Below, in pieces: positions 55,395 to 64,000 of a stretch of DNA of 64,000 bases. The stretch lies in the IMG/VR virus record IMGVR_UViG_3300012944_000004; one strand, 5' to 3'. Source of the stretch: a virus. The notes below the pieces were generated by a model. That model had not been told where the DNA came from, did no database searches, and was given only the letters and a program-made list of their open reading frames with translations. How positions within the stretch are numbered: the stretch's first letter is position 1; every line of letters begins with the position of its first letter. Both the position numbers and the translations under genes were made by a program.

Positions 55395-55423
55395 CCCTAG
55401 CGCTTGCAACTTGAAGTCGTCAA
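55395..55423 (-). promoter_or_regulatory. Sigma70-like promoter TTGACG-N18-TAGGGT with TTCAAGTTGCA in the spacer
   Basis: Upstream of the ATPase gene; coordinates approximate. Confidence 0.4.
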
Positions 55424-55543
55424 GCGTGTTGGGAACAAAAGCGCCACGAGTGACAAAAAAGAAGAAGGCCACCTTACCGGCGGCCTCTTCACCCAAACGC
55501 CGAAGCAAGTGGGTTGATGTCGTCAAGCTATCAGCTTGCGCAC

Positions 55544-55585
55544 AAAAAAACAGCGGGGCCCCACCTCGCCTGATGGGGCCCCGCC
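55544..55585 (-). terminator. Rho-independent terminator
   Basis: Perfect 12-bp stem AGCGGGGCCCCA/TGGGGCCCCGCT, 10-nt loop, followed on the minus strand by T7. Confidence 0.85.
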
Positions 55586-55651
55586 TAGCGCGTATCCGTC
55601 GCTCTTCGCAACGACCGAGTGATCTGGAGGGTTAGGAGTAACCTGATGGAC

Positions 55652-56543
55652 CTACTCGACAAGTTGAAGCCTACGAAGCTTCGTGGATGACGTCAAGTTC
55701 CAGAAACTCCGCGCGGTTGCGGGATGCTCGTGAGCAAGTGGCAGGCGCCGCATTCGATGACATCCCCCGGCTTTCCGCGGCACAGCATGGGGATCTTGCA
55801 GTGGGCGCAGTCGAGCCACCGCTGACGCCGGTAGGCAGGGCCCATCACCGCGATGGTGAGGCGATCCATGGCCTTCGCCGAAGCGCGCTTCTAGGAAGCG
55901 AGACCGCTCGATGGGCAGCCGGAGGGTCACTGGGGCCCCCAGACCTCGCGGGCCACCGGCGGGAGGTAAGTCGTGATGTCGAGCGGCGCTCCACGGCGCG
56001 CATCGCGGTGGATGCGCAGCCACTTGCGGCGGCCGTACAAGGTCCATCCGATGGGACGACAGACGGCCCCGCGCGCCGCTAGCGAGCGCTTCTGCGCTTC
56101 GTCCATGGGCGCCGTGAGGCGGTTCACCGCCGGCCTCCATTGCCCAACCCAGGCATCGGCGGCAGCTTCGCGTTGGCCGGCGCCAACGTCAGACCGGCGG
56201 CCTGGGCGCTCTGCGCGCGGATGGCGTTCTCGGTCTGCTCGATGAGCTGGGCGAGGTACTGCTGCTCCTCGGTGTTGAGGGCTTCGCCAGCGACCCATAT
56301 GCCGGGCCGTGGCAGGGTCAGTGAGCGCACCGACATCAACCCGAAGGGGGGTTTGATGGTCGGCTGCGCGGCGATGCCCTGGGGCGTCTGGACGGGCACC
56401 AGGGCGTACTCGTAGACGGGGTTGAGGGTCATGGGGCCATCGCCCGGCGGCAGCGGCATAGGGGTGGCCAGCTTGCCAAGGTAGGACTTGCCCTCCAGCT
56501 GTGTGATGACCCATCCGGCTAGTGGCGATGTTCTCAGATTCAT
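55652..56543 (-). other. Small genes downstream of the origin (56124-56543, 55927-56127, and a CxxC...CxxC ORF near 55690-55870)
   Basis: 56124-56543 has an SD and protein-like translation; reading frame of the last gene is ambiguous. Confidence 0.5.
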
Positions 56544-56559
56544 TGACGTTTTCTCCTTT

Positions 56560-56845
56560 TGTAGGGCGCGTAGGGAGCTCGTAGGGGCCTTTTTTTCGGA
56601 AGTCCCTACGGACTTTCCCTAGTCATCTCGAGATGTTGAAGTCGTTGTAGTGAGTGTAGTGAGCTTTTTCCGGACCTTAGCGGCTATATACATATGAGGC
56701 CTTTTTGTGATCATACGGTCTATAGGTGTATTTTTTGTCACTACACTCACTACAAATAAGATCTACAGCCAAAAACACGAGAAAAGTCTGTAGTGAGTTC
56801 CGAAAAAAAGGTCACTACTTTCTCACTACGCCGCGAAAACCCTCC
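56560..56845. other. Probable replication origin with GTAGTGA iterons
   Basis: AT-rich; perfect 18-bp inverted repeat TTGTAGTGAGTGTAGTGA (56645-56662) / TCACTACACTCACTACAA (56738-56755); more copies at 56789, 56811, 56822; abuts the D5-like helicase gene. Confidence 0.7.
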
Positions 56846-58306
56846 CTACAACTCGCCCGGGTCCCACCGCTTGAGGGCCGCGCGCTCCGCCTTGGACGAC
56901 AGGCGCACACCCATCCAGCCGTCCACCGGAGGGCCCGAGATGGGCTTGTCAGCCGGGCCCATCTTGGTCTCCCGGACGCTCGTGTCCGAGCAATCCTTCT
57001 CCCGAAGGCGCCGGTAGAACTTGATGGGGCCCAGGGGGGTGGTGCCGATCTCCTCGCACCACTGCTCGTAGGACTGGCGAAGCTTGCGCTTGGCGACACG
57101 CTCCTCGGCACCGAAGACGGTGCACTGGTGGAAGAACATGCCAAGGAGATCGCTCTCACGGCGGTACTGCCGCGTCGCTTTCTGCACCGACCCGGGCGGG
57201 TCGAGCCGGCGCTTCTGCCACGCCATGCACCCGCGTATCGCCCACGCCAGGATGCCTGGCATCTCGACTCGCAGCTTCTTGGTCAAGTTCAAGTCGCGCT
57301 CACCCTCCGGGATGGTCACCTCCCACGGGATGAGCATGATGCGCCGCCACACCCCGCCGTCGGTCCCGGTGATGACCGGCTTGTGGTTGCCAGCGAGCCA
57401 GAGCTTGTGGGTCGGTTCGAACTCCCAGAAGTCCTCACGCATGCGGTGCGCTGAGATTCGTTCGCCGCCTGTGAGATCTTTGAGCAACGCCTCGTCGAAG
57501 CGTTGGTCCTCGGGGACCTCGCTGCAGGTCACGACACGCTTGCCGAAGAGCGTCGTCAGCTCGGTCGGGTGACGATCGCCGATCCCCTGAAAAAGAAGCT
57601 TTCTCGGTGCTGCGGCGCCATACCCGCCAACCAGCTCCCGTAGGATGTTGAGAAAGGTGCTCTTGCCGTTCATCCCCTTCGGTCCATGGCAGAAGAAGAG
57701 GACATGCTCTCCTACCGATCCGGTGAGGGAGTAGCCCACGCAGCGCTGAAGGAAGTCGACCATCTCGACATCGCCGCCCATCGCCTTGAGCAGGAACGCC
57801 TCCCAAAGCGGGCAGAGCGCCAGGGGGTCGTATCGAATCGGGATGGTGAGGGTGGCGTAGTCCTCACGCTTGCTGTTGCGAACCGCGCCGTTGTTCAACT
57901 CGACCGTCCCGTTCTTGACTGGGAGGATCATCGCGTTGCCGTCGAGCTTCGTGTGGGCCAGCGCGACACCAGCGCGGTAGCGAGCCAGCTTGATCATCGC
58001 CTCGATGGCCGTTGCGCTCTCGCTCTTTCTGGCGAACACCTTGGCGGCCTTCTTGAAGCCCTCATCCTGCGACGCTTTGTCTCCCTCGCGGATCTTCAGC
58101 GAGTCGGCCTCGGCGTGCATCTTGCGGGCAGTCAGCTCCGCCATCCGGTAGAGGTACCCTTTGTCAACTTCCCAACGGTTGCCGTGCCAGGAGATCCAGC
58201 TCTCCCACGCGTCGATGTACCGGACGTTCTCCCCGTGCTCCTTGATGAGCCTCTCGCTGTTGCCCGCGTCGGTCCACGGGTAGTCGCGAATGAGCGAGAC
58301 AGGCAT
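56846..58306 (-). CDS. D5/P4-family SF3 helicase (phage/plasmid primase C-terminal type), no primase domain
   Basis: D5_N TDAGNSERL...W..W.G.RW; Walker A GPKGMNGKST; motif LTGGERISA.RM; KLWLAGNHKP; WRRI; start re-called at 58306. Confidence 0.9.
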   Translation of the reverse strand: MPVSLIRDYPWTDAGNSERLIKEHGENVRYIDAWESWISWHGNRWEVDKGYLYRMAELTARKMHAEADSLKIREGDKASQDEGFKKAAKVFARKSESATAIEAMIKLARYRAGVALAHTKLDGNAMILPVKNGTVELNNGAVRNSKREDYATLTIPIRYDPLALCPLWEAFLLKAMGGDVEMVDFLQRCVGYSLTGSVGEHVLFFCHGPKGMNGKSTFLNILRELVGGYGAAAPRKLLFQGIGDRHPTELTTLFGKRVVTCSEVPEDQRFDEALLKDLTGGERISAHRMREDFWEFEPTHKLWLAGNHKPVITGTDGGVWRRIMLIPWEVTIPEGERDLNLTKKLRVEMPGILAWAIRGCMAWQKRRLDPPGSVQKATRQYRRESDLLGMFFHQCTVFGAEERVAKRKLRQSYEQWCEEIGTTPLGPIKFYRRLREKDCSDTSVRETKMGPADKPISGPPVDGWMGVRLSSKAERAALKRWDPGEL

Positions 58307-58512
58307 CAGAACTTCCAGGACTTCCGTGGAAGACCGGAGGCTTGGATGAGGGCAAACCACTCGCAGCCGTCTTCGTGGTGGAAGGTCTCCTCATCGTAGT
58401 CCTGCCAGCCTTGGCACTCAGGGCACGCCGATTCGGCGTCGTAGTTTTGCGAGGCACACCCCTCGTGCGCGACGAGCAATGCGAGCGCGCGCTTACCCAG
58501 ATCGTCTTCCAT
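58306..58512 (-). CDS. Small Cys/His-rich protein
   Basis: CPEC...HHEDGC. Confidence 0.6.
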   Translation of the reverse strand: MEDDLGKRALALLVAHEGCASQNYDAESACPECQGWQDYDEETFHHEDGCEWFALIQASGLPRKSWKF

Positions 58513-58640
58513 CCGACAACCTCCGAAGGCGCCCAGTTGAACTTCGGCGAGCGGCGCCTTGACGAGCGGCCAGGATGCCAGCTAGAGCTGAGGGTGTCTA
58601 GCGCACTCGCCAAGAGCGCTGACGAAAAAGGAGAACGCAC

Positions 58641-59361
58641 GTGATCTGCGAAGCCTGCAAGCAGCAAGGACTTCGAAGCACCGTCACCGAAGGCGGCTCG
58701 ATGTCCACGCTGATGCACTGCCCGTCGTTCTACGACGAAGACGGCAAGCTGCACACCCACGACAGCAACGTGACGACGCATCGCTTCCGGTGTTCGAACG
58801 GCCACTCGTTCAGCACGCAGTCGCGCGGAAGCTGCTGGTGCGGATGGGGGACCAAGTGAGCGATCTCGTAGACAAGGCCCTCGCCGCTGCTAACAAGGAG
58901 TTCGCTGACGACGTCAACGACTTCGGCGATGTGGGCTACTCACTCAAGCTCGCGCAGGAAGCGCTGCAGAGTATCAAGGACAGCACGTGCAAAAACTGCA
59001 AGCACTGGGTCTTCCCAGCTAACTGGGGCTCCATACCGAGCAAGGGCGAATGCACCACAATCGTCCAGCGCTTCTGGGAGCCAGAGAATGATGCCATCGC
59101 GCTTGCTGTTGTGCAACGCGACGGACTTGGAGCTTGCCTTCGAACCGCAGCGGAGTTTGGCTGCATCCTCTTCGAGGCCAAGTGAGCGCCCGCGCACGCT
59201 ACCGTCCGTGGTTTTCCGTTCGACAACTTGAAATCAACGCCGAGCTCTTTTGGGAGATGGTCGGCTACGAGCTCCACTACTTGCGTAGCCTCGAGATCAT
59301 GTCGCCGAGGCCTCTTGTCTGGATGCCTGCCGAAACGCAGCCGCCCTGGTACACAAAGTGA
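58641..59361 (+). other. Three small genes (58641-58859, 58856-59185, 59182-59361), Cys-rich
   Basis: GTGA overlaps; CEAC, CKNCKHW motifs. Confidence 0.6.
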
Positions 59362-60590
59362 CCCTCCAAGCCTCCGCCTCCAAGTCCGAGCTACTCATCC
59401 AGTGCGCCCGGCCCTTCGAAGACGGCATCACCACCGACGACGAGGCAGGCGAACCGGCCCGGTATGGCAGCGCCTTCCACGAGCTGATGGAGCTGCCGAC
59501 GTGGAAGGTCAACGTGCTGACACCGGTCGTGCTCAAGATGGAGCGCAAGTGGAACATTCCCGGCGCTGCCTCTGAGCTCGTGGGCCACGTTCGCGCTGCG
59601 CGACGTCTCCTCAAGCGTTGGATGCGCGGGGAGAACCAGTTCAACATCAACTTCGCTGCCGGCAAGGTCGAGAACGAGGTTGCCTTCGCGATCAACCCGC
59701 ACGAACTGACGGTGAGGCGCATCGAGCTGCCGAGCGTTGAGGACCACGTCTACCAGGATGTCGATGCGCTCGTCGAGATCCCAGGGACTGCAGACCGGAT
59801 CACCAACTTCCCGCTTGTGATGGATTACAAGACGGGGAGAGACCCGTTCGATTTCTTTACCGTCCCGGAGGATGTGTCGCAGTTGAGGACCCTCGGCGTC
59901 GCCGTGTGGCTAGAGACACGCGAGCGCGTCGATGTCTTCGAAGAGGAGGTCATTCTCGCCGTCCTGCACACCCCTCGCGGCTCGATGCCAGCCATCTACG
60001 CCGACGCGGTCTCCGTCAAAGACCTGCGAAAGCACGCCCAGCAGCTCAGCGAGGCACTCGCTCGACGAGGCGACGGGAGTATGCGCCGTGGCCCCTGCTG
60101 CCGCGTGTGCTCCGCGCGCTACGACTGCCCGCTGCAGCTCTCGACGTACATCAAGGGCGCCGGTGAGGCGCTCGAGATGGCTCGCAGCGCTGGGATCGAG
60201 CTCAAAGACCTCGTCGAGTACGGCCGCAACGACTTCGAGTTGGTGCGCGGCGATCCACCGCAGATCTTTGACCAGGCAAGCTCCGCGATCGTCACCTCTG
60301 ACGACGTAGGCAAGTTGCACTACTTCATCGCGCAGTTCGATCGCCTGCAAGGGGCTGCCCAGTCGCTGATGAAGCAGTGGGTCATCGACAACACCGGCAA
60401 GGACGTCGCCGTGCGCCCCGACGGCAAGGTGCTCGTCATCAAGACCAAGGAGCAGGAGAACCTCTCCAAGGCGTCGATCATCCGCGCACTCGGCAAGCTA
60501 CGCGGCGAAGCCCTGATTCAAGAGCTCCGAGAGAACGGCGTCATCGAGATGACCGAGCGCACCGAGCTGCACGCGGTCGACGACAAGTAG
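59358..60590 (+). CDS. Cas4/AddB-like PD-(D/E)XK exonuclease with Fe-S cysteines
   Basis: SASK...QC; GSAFHE; GTADRI; VMDYKTG; GPCCRVCSARYDCP. Confidence 0.85.
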   Translation: MTLQASASKSELLIQCARPFEDGITTDDEAGEPARYGSAFHELMELPTWKVNVLTPVVLKMERKWNIPGAASELVGHVRAARRLLKRWMRGENQFNINFAAGKVENEVAFAINPHELTVRRIELPSVEDHVYQDVDALVEIPGTADRITNFPLVMDYKTGRDPFDFFTVPEDVSQLRTLGVAVWLETRERVDVFEEEVILAVLHTPRGSMPAIYADAVSVKDLRKHAQQLSEALARRGDGSMRRGPCCRVCSARYDCPLQLSTYIKGAGEALEMARSAGIELKDLVEYGRNDFELVRGDPPQIFDQASSAIVTSDDVGKLHYFIAQFDRLQGAAQSLMKQWVIDNTGKDVAVRPDGKVLVIKTKEQENLSKASIIRALGKLRGEALIQELRENGVIEMTERTELHAVDDK

Positions 60591-60591
60591 C

Positions 60592-60738
60592 TTACCGACC
60601 AGGGGTCATCATGAGCATGCTGCCCGCGTCCGGGATGCTCGCGCCCCCGCCCAGCGTGAGCTCGCGCACTGTTCCCAAGCGTGTCAACTTCGGCGGCGAG
60701 TACGGTTTGCGCGGTGGTTTGTCTTTGTCTGTTTCCAT
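60592..60738 (-). CDS. Lasso-peptide-type RiPP precursor (29-aa leader, 19-aa core)
   Basis: SD AAGGAG; leader YSPPKLTRLGTVRELTL matches YxxPxLxxxGxxxxxTx; core GGGASIPD(8)AGSMLMMTPGR with Gly1 and Asp8. Confidence 0.8.
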   Translation of the reverse strand: METDKDKPPRKPYSPPKLTRLGTVRELTLGGGASIPDAGSMLMMTPGR

Positions 60739-60761
60739 GTTCCTCTCCTTTTCGAAAGCCT

Positions 60762-63700
60762 TCAGTTGTAGGAAGCTTCGGCAAAGATCGTCATATCGAT
60801 CGTTCCGATTGCACCCACGGTAATGCCGCACGTGAGCGTTATAAACAATGTGTTGGCCATGACGCCGATGTTGACCGTCCCGCGGATATTGGTACCAGGG
60901 GTAAAGCTGGTGTCTGGGACTATCACGGGGGTCGTTGGGGTTTGCATCAGACCCGCCACGTTGTAGCTGCGGCATATCGTAACAACACCAGTCGAGTTCG
61001 CACTGGCAACGGCCGAGCCACGCTCAATCCATGTGTCCCCTTGCGTCTCGCCTGAATTGGCTGTGGCAACCTTCATTGTGGACCAGATGTCAACGTACAT
61101 CCCTGCCAAGCTAGGCAATGGGATGGCCAAAGTGATACCTGTATTCACAACGGAGATGCGCCCAAACTGGGAGTACGGGACTTTCTTGGCAAGTTGTGTG
61201 TTGATCGATCCCCCCACAACTGGATTGAGCACCCGAATCGCCTGGCCAGTTGGGAGATTCGAGAAGCCGTAGACCAGCGAGGGCGCTGCGAAGTTGGCTA
61301 GGACGAGCCCACTCTTGAGGTTGCCGCTCGCGTCGGCGTTGGCCAAAAACCCTGCCGGTGCCGTGACGGACAAGATCATCTTCTCGTTCGCCGATGCGTC
61401 GGTCGACGCCAGCTCCACTTGCGCAGGCGTAACGTCAAGCTCGTTGATCGCCGTCCCGCCAGGGTTGGTCGACGTCACGCGAAGCCCTGAAGTCCCCGAC
61501 GAGAGGTTCATCGTCGTGGCTGCAGGACCACTCTGTGCGAGCGCGGAAATGCCCGCTGGGGCCACTGCGAACGTTGTCGGAGCGCCGCCACTGGTCGCGC
61601 TCAATCCGACATTGCCAGTTCCCTGATTGATCTGCGTGTTGGCAGCGCCTGCCGCGACCTCAGTTGTGATCAACGTCGGTGTGACATTGACGGTACCGGT
61701 GTTGGTCCCATCGGTCGCGTTGGTGAGCACACCCGCCGTCGTCGCCGCGACGAGGTTGTGGATCGCTCCGCTTTGCGCCTCGATGGCTGCAACACCGGCT
61801 CCGACACCCACAGTGGCGACGTTGGTCGCGTCGTGCATCGCCGCAGTCGAGGTGTCCATCGACAGCGACGTGCCGCCAGCCACTACGGCATTGAAGGTCC
61901 CCGGCCCTGCAGTCACTGCGACGGAGTTGGTGCCGTCGGTGTTTGTGATGTTGACACGAGCGTTGTTGACATCGATGCCGCTGATGTCTGGCCCCGAGAT
62001 GGCCGTCATCTGCGCATCGTTCTCGGTGACGACGAGGTTTGCGCTCCCATCGTTGGCAGCGATGAAGGCGCTGCCCTGCGTCACCTGCATCCGGAAGTTC
62101 GCCGACACCGCCGAGATGTTCGATGGCTGGACGTTGAAGGTGACTGCCGCCGCTCCAGCGCCCGCGGTGAAGGGAGGCCCACCGACGCCCGCGGTTCCGG
62201 AGGCTCCAGTGGCGCCTGTGACGCCGGAGATGCCCGGAGTGCCGCTGGCGCCAGTCACACCGGTGACCCCTTGCGCGCCGGAGCCCGAGACACCCGTGAC
62301 GCCCGTAGTGCCGGTGGTCCCCGTGATGCCGCTGAGGCCCGTCGCGCCGACCGGTCCAGTGACCCCGGTCGCGCCTGAGGGGCCGGTAGCGCCTGTCGTT
62401 CCTGTGACGCCTGAGATGCCCGTAGGTCCACCAGGAGCTCCCGAAGCGCCAGTAGTGCCGGAGACGCCCGTGGGGCCCATCGCGCCCGTGGTGCCCGCGC
62501 CGCTGACGCCCGTGGCGCCCGCCGGTCCCTGCACCGCGCCGACGACCTCCTTGATGATGATCGAGAGCCGCCCTGCGGTGATGGCGTTGCCGCCAAGGGT
62601 ATCGGAGAGCACCAGCTGGAAAGCCACTGGCGTTCCGAGCGCCTGCGCGCCGCATGTTGCGACGAGCGAGAAGGTCATGAAGTTGCCGGTGGGGCTCACC
62701 TCCACGGCAGTCGACAGGATCGTGAACCCAAGGCCGACGCCCGTCACCGATAGCGGTGAGCCTGCGGCGTACTTGAGAGCTGCTCCGCCAGCCGTTCCGA
62801 TATTCGTTGCGGAGCCGCCTGAGAGCACAAGGCTTGTGCCCGTGACGAGCGATGCAATCAGCGAGATCGCATCGGCGGCTGTGGCTGCGTTGAGCTTGAG
62901 CGTCCCATCGATCTGAAAGATACCGCTCGTCTGTGGAGTCACCAGCGCCGCTGCGATGGTGGTCCCCGTGCTGACGGTGAAGTCGCTGAGGGTCACTTGC
63001 TGTTGGGTGAACGCCGCATTCGAGGGGGCCGTCCCAAGGGCCCCAGTGGCCCCCGTTACGCCGCTTGGACCCGAGGCGCCTGAGGGTCCCGTTGTGCCAG
63101 TGACGCCCGTGTTGCCCGTCGCGCCAACGGGACCTGTCGAGCCAGAAGCGCCGCTGACTCCTGTTGGCCCTGAGATTCCGGTGGGACCGGTGACGCCCGT
63201 GACGCCCGTTGTGCCAGCGCCAGTGACCCCTGTGACGCCCGTCGGACCCGTCGCTCCTCCGCCAGGTCCGGTGGGCCCTGTTGGTCCCGTAGCGCCACCG
63301 GAGTGCAACTTGAAGTAGTCAAGTGCAACTTGAACATTGCTCCCGATGCTCGGCACCGGAACGATCCCATCGTTATAGGCGAGAAGCGCTGCCAACGTCT
63401 GGAATGTGATGTTTGGATTGCTGCCGATGAAAGCAGAGACATCAGAAACGAAAACAGTGCCGACTCCGCTTCCAGTGAAGAGATTCGAATCAGCCGTGGC
63501 TTGCGACAAGGCAACTACGTCAACTGTGGCTCCCGCACCGATGATGAAAACGGGGTTTGTCCCATCTCCGATGGCTGACGCTTCGTCGAAGTCTGCGCCC
63601 CACCGCGTTCCCACTCCAGTGAGGGAAAAGAACGGTGACGCGTAGTCGACAAGCGACGTCTGGTAGAAGAGCCCGCCGTGGAAGCCCCCCGACGTGAACG

Positions 63701-64000
63701 ACATAACAGGAGAAGAGCTCAAGCTCTGAAGATTCAAGAACCGGTACGTAGGTGCGTTGATCGTCGAGAACGTGGCCCCGTTTGCGAAGGACACAGTCGT
63801 AGAGATAGGTGCGTCGAGATCTCCGCCAATCCAAACAACATCCGGATTGGAGAAGTTGTTTGTGCCGGTGATCGTGCAGACGCCGCCATTGAGCGACCCG
63901 TCGAAGAAGATCGTGATGGGGCCATTGACTGCATTGGCAGCAGCAAAGAGCGTCGCCCACACGGTGTAGACGTTGCCGCTCGCGACGCCTCCCGGTTGGA
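60762..64000 (-). CDS. Collagen-like spike/fibre protein, over 1079 aa (N-terminus beyond window end)
   Basis: Frame open to the window edge; two G-X-T collagen blocks; long Thr/Ala/Val beta-repeat regions. Confidence 0.8.
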   Translation of the reverse strand, partial: QPGGVASGNVYTVWATLFAAANAVNGPITIFFDGSLNGGVCTITGTNNFSNPDVVWIGGDLDAPISTTVSFANGATFSTINAPTYRFLNLQSLSSSPVMSFTSGGFHGGLFYQTSLVDYASPFFSLTGVGTRWGADFDEASAIGDGTNPVFIIGAGATVDVVALSQATADSNLFTGSGVGTVFVSDVSAFIGSNPNITFQTLAALLAYNDGIVPVPSIGSNVQVALDYFKLHSGGATGPTGPTGPGGGATGPTGVTGVTGAGTTGVTGVTGPTGISGPTGVSGASGSTGPVGATGNTGVTGTTGPSGASGPSGVTGATGALGTAPSNAAFTQQQVTLSDFTVSTGTTIAAALVTPQTSGIFQIDGTLKLNAATAADAISLIASLVTGTSLVLSGGSATNIGTAGGAALKYAAGSPLSVTGVGLGFTILSTAVEVSPTGNFMTFSLVATCGAQALGTPVAFQLVLSDTLGGNAITAGRLSIIIKEVVGAVQGPAGATGVSGAGTTGAMGPTGVSGTTGASGAPGGPTGISGVTGTTGATGPSGATGVTGPVGATGLSGITGTTGTTGVTGVSGSGAQGVTGVTGASGTPGISGVTGATGASGTAGVGGPPFTAGAGAAAVTFNVQPSNISAVSANFRMQVTQGSAFIAANDGSANLVVTENDAQMTAISGPDISGIDVNNARVNITNTDGTNSVAVTAGPGTFNAVVAGGTSLSMDTSTAAMHDATNVATVGVGAGVAAIEAQSGAIHNLVAATTAGVLTNATDGTNTGTVNVTPTLITTEVAAGAANTQINQGTGNVGLSATSGGAPTTFAVAPAGISALAQSGPAATTMNLSSGTSGLRVTSTNPGGTAINELDVTPAQVELASTDASANEKMILSVTAPAGFLANADASGNLKSGLVLANFAAPSLVYGFSNLPTGQAIRVLNPVVGGSINTQLAKKVPYSQFGRISVVNTGITLAIPLPSLAGMYVDIWSTMKVATANSGETQGDTWIERGSAVASANSTGVVTICRSYNVAGLMQTPTTPVIVPDTSFTPGTNIRGTVNIGVMANTLFITLTCGITVGAIGTIDMTIFAEASYN
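62182..62528 (-). repeat. Collagen-like G-X-T block 2
   Basis: [10 protein letters not shown]...[10 protein letters not shown]. Confidence 0.9.
63031..63299 (-). repeat. Collagen-like G-X-T block 1
   Basis: [10 protein letters not shown]...GVTGATG. Confidence 0.9.

Noticed and set aside
59358-60590. Cas4-like gene as part of a CRISPR system
   Set aside because: No other cas genes and no repeat-spacer array in the window; stand-alone Cas4-like nucleases are common in phages.

Overview
A GC-rich (mid-60s % by eye), almost fully coding segment of a temperate bacterial virus genome. Genes run off both window ends. The host is probably a myxobacterium; this is inferred from a Cys-rich myxobacterial-style lipoprotein, a KGG-repeat protein and the GC content. 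Layout: (1) 0-9.8 kb, minus strand: SNF2 helicase with an HNH intein, a nucleotidyltransferase and small early genes. (2) 9.0-10.4 kb: divergent control region with five copies of an ECF-sigma-like promoter and a palindromic TTCAASTTGAA motif. (3) 11.5-18.8 kb: tyrosine integrase, HNH nuclease, two peptidoglycan hydrolases, GroES and an HTH/histone-H1-like protein. (4) 18.8-35.5 kb: a long minus-strand operon of membrane-anchored and beta-rich proteins, a very basic protein and a transglutaminase-like Cys protease. No terminase, portal, HK97 capsid or tail gene is recognisable, so it reads as the morphogenesis module of a tailless internal-membrane virus. (5) 35.5-60.6 kb: replication and nucleotide metabolism (RadC/JAB, dNMP kinase, Dam, DEDDh exonuclease, MazG-like, a SLOG-UDG(intein)-exo-PolA fusion, RecD-like helicase, Tad2-like protein, SSB-like protein, AAA_24 ATPase, origin, D5-like helicase, Cas4-like nuclease). 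(6) 60.6-64 kb: a collagen-like spike/fibre followed by a 48-aa ORF that fully matches the lasso-peptide precursor consensus, with no lasso maturation enzymes in the window. Two tRNA-like, anticodon-less RNA folds with a G3-U70 pair lie in gene leaders. All family assignments come from visual motif recognition; no database search was run.
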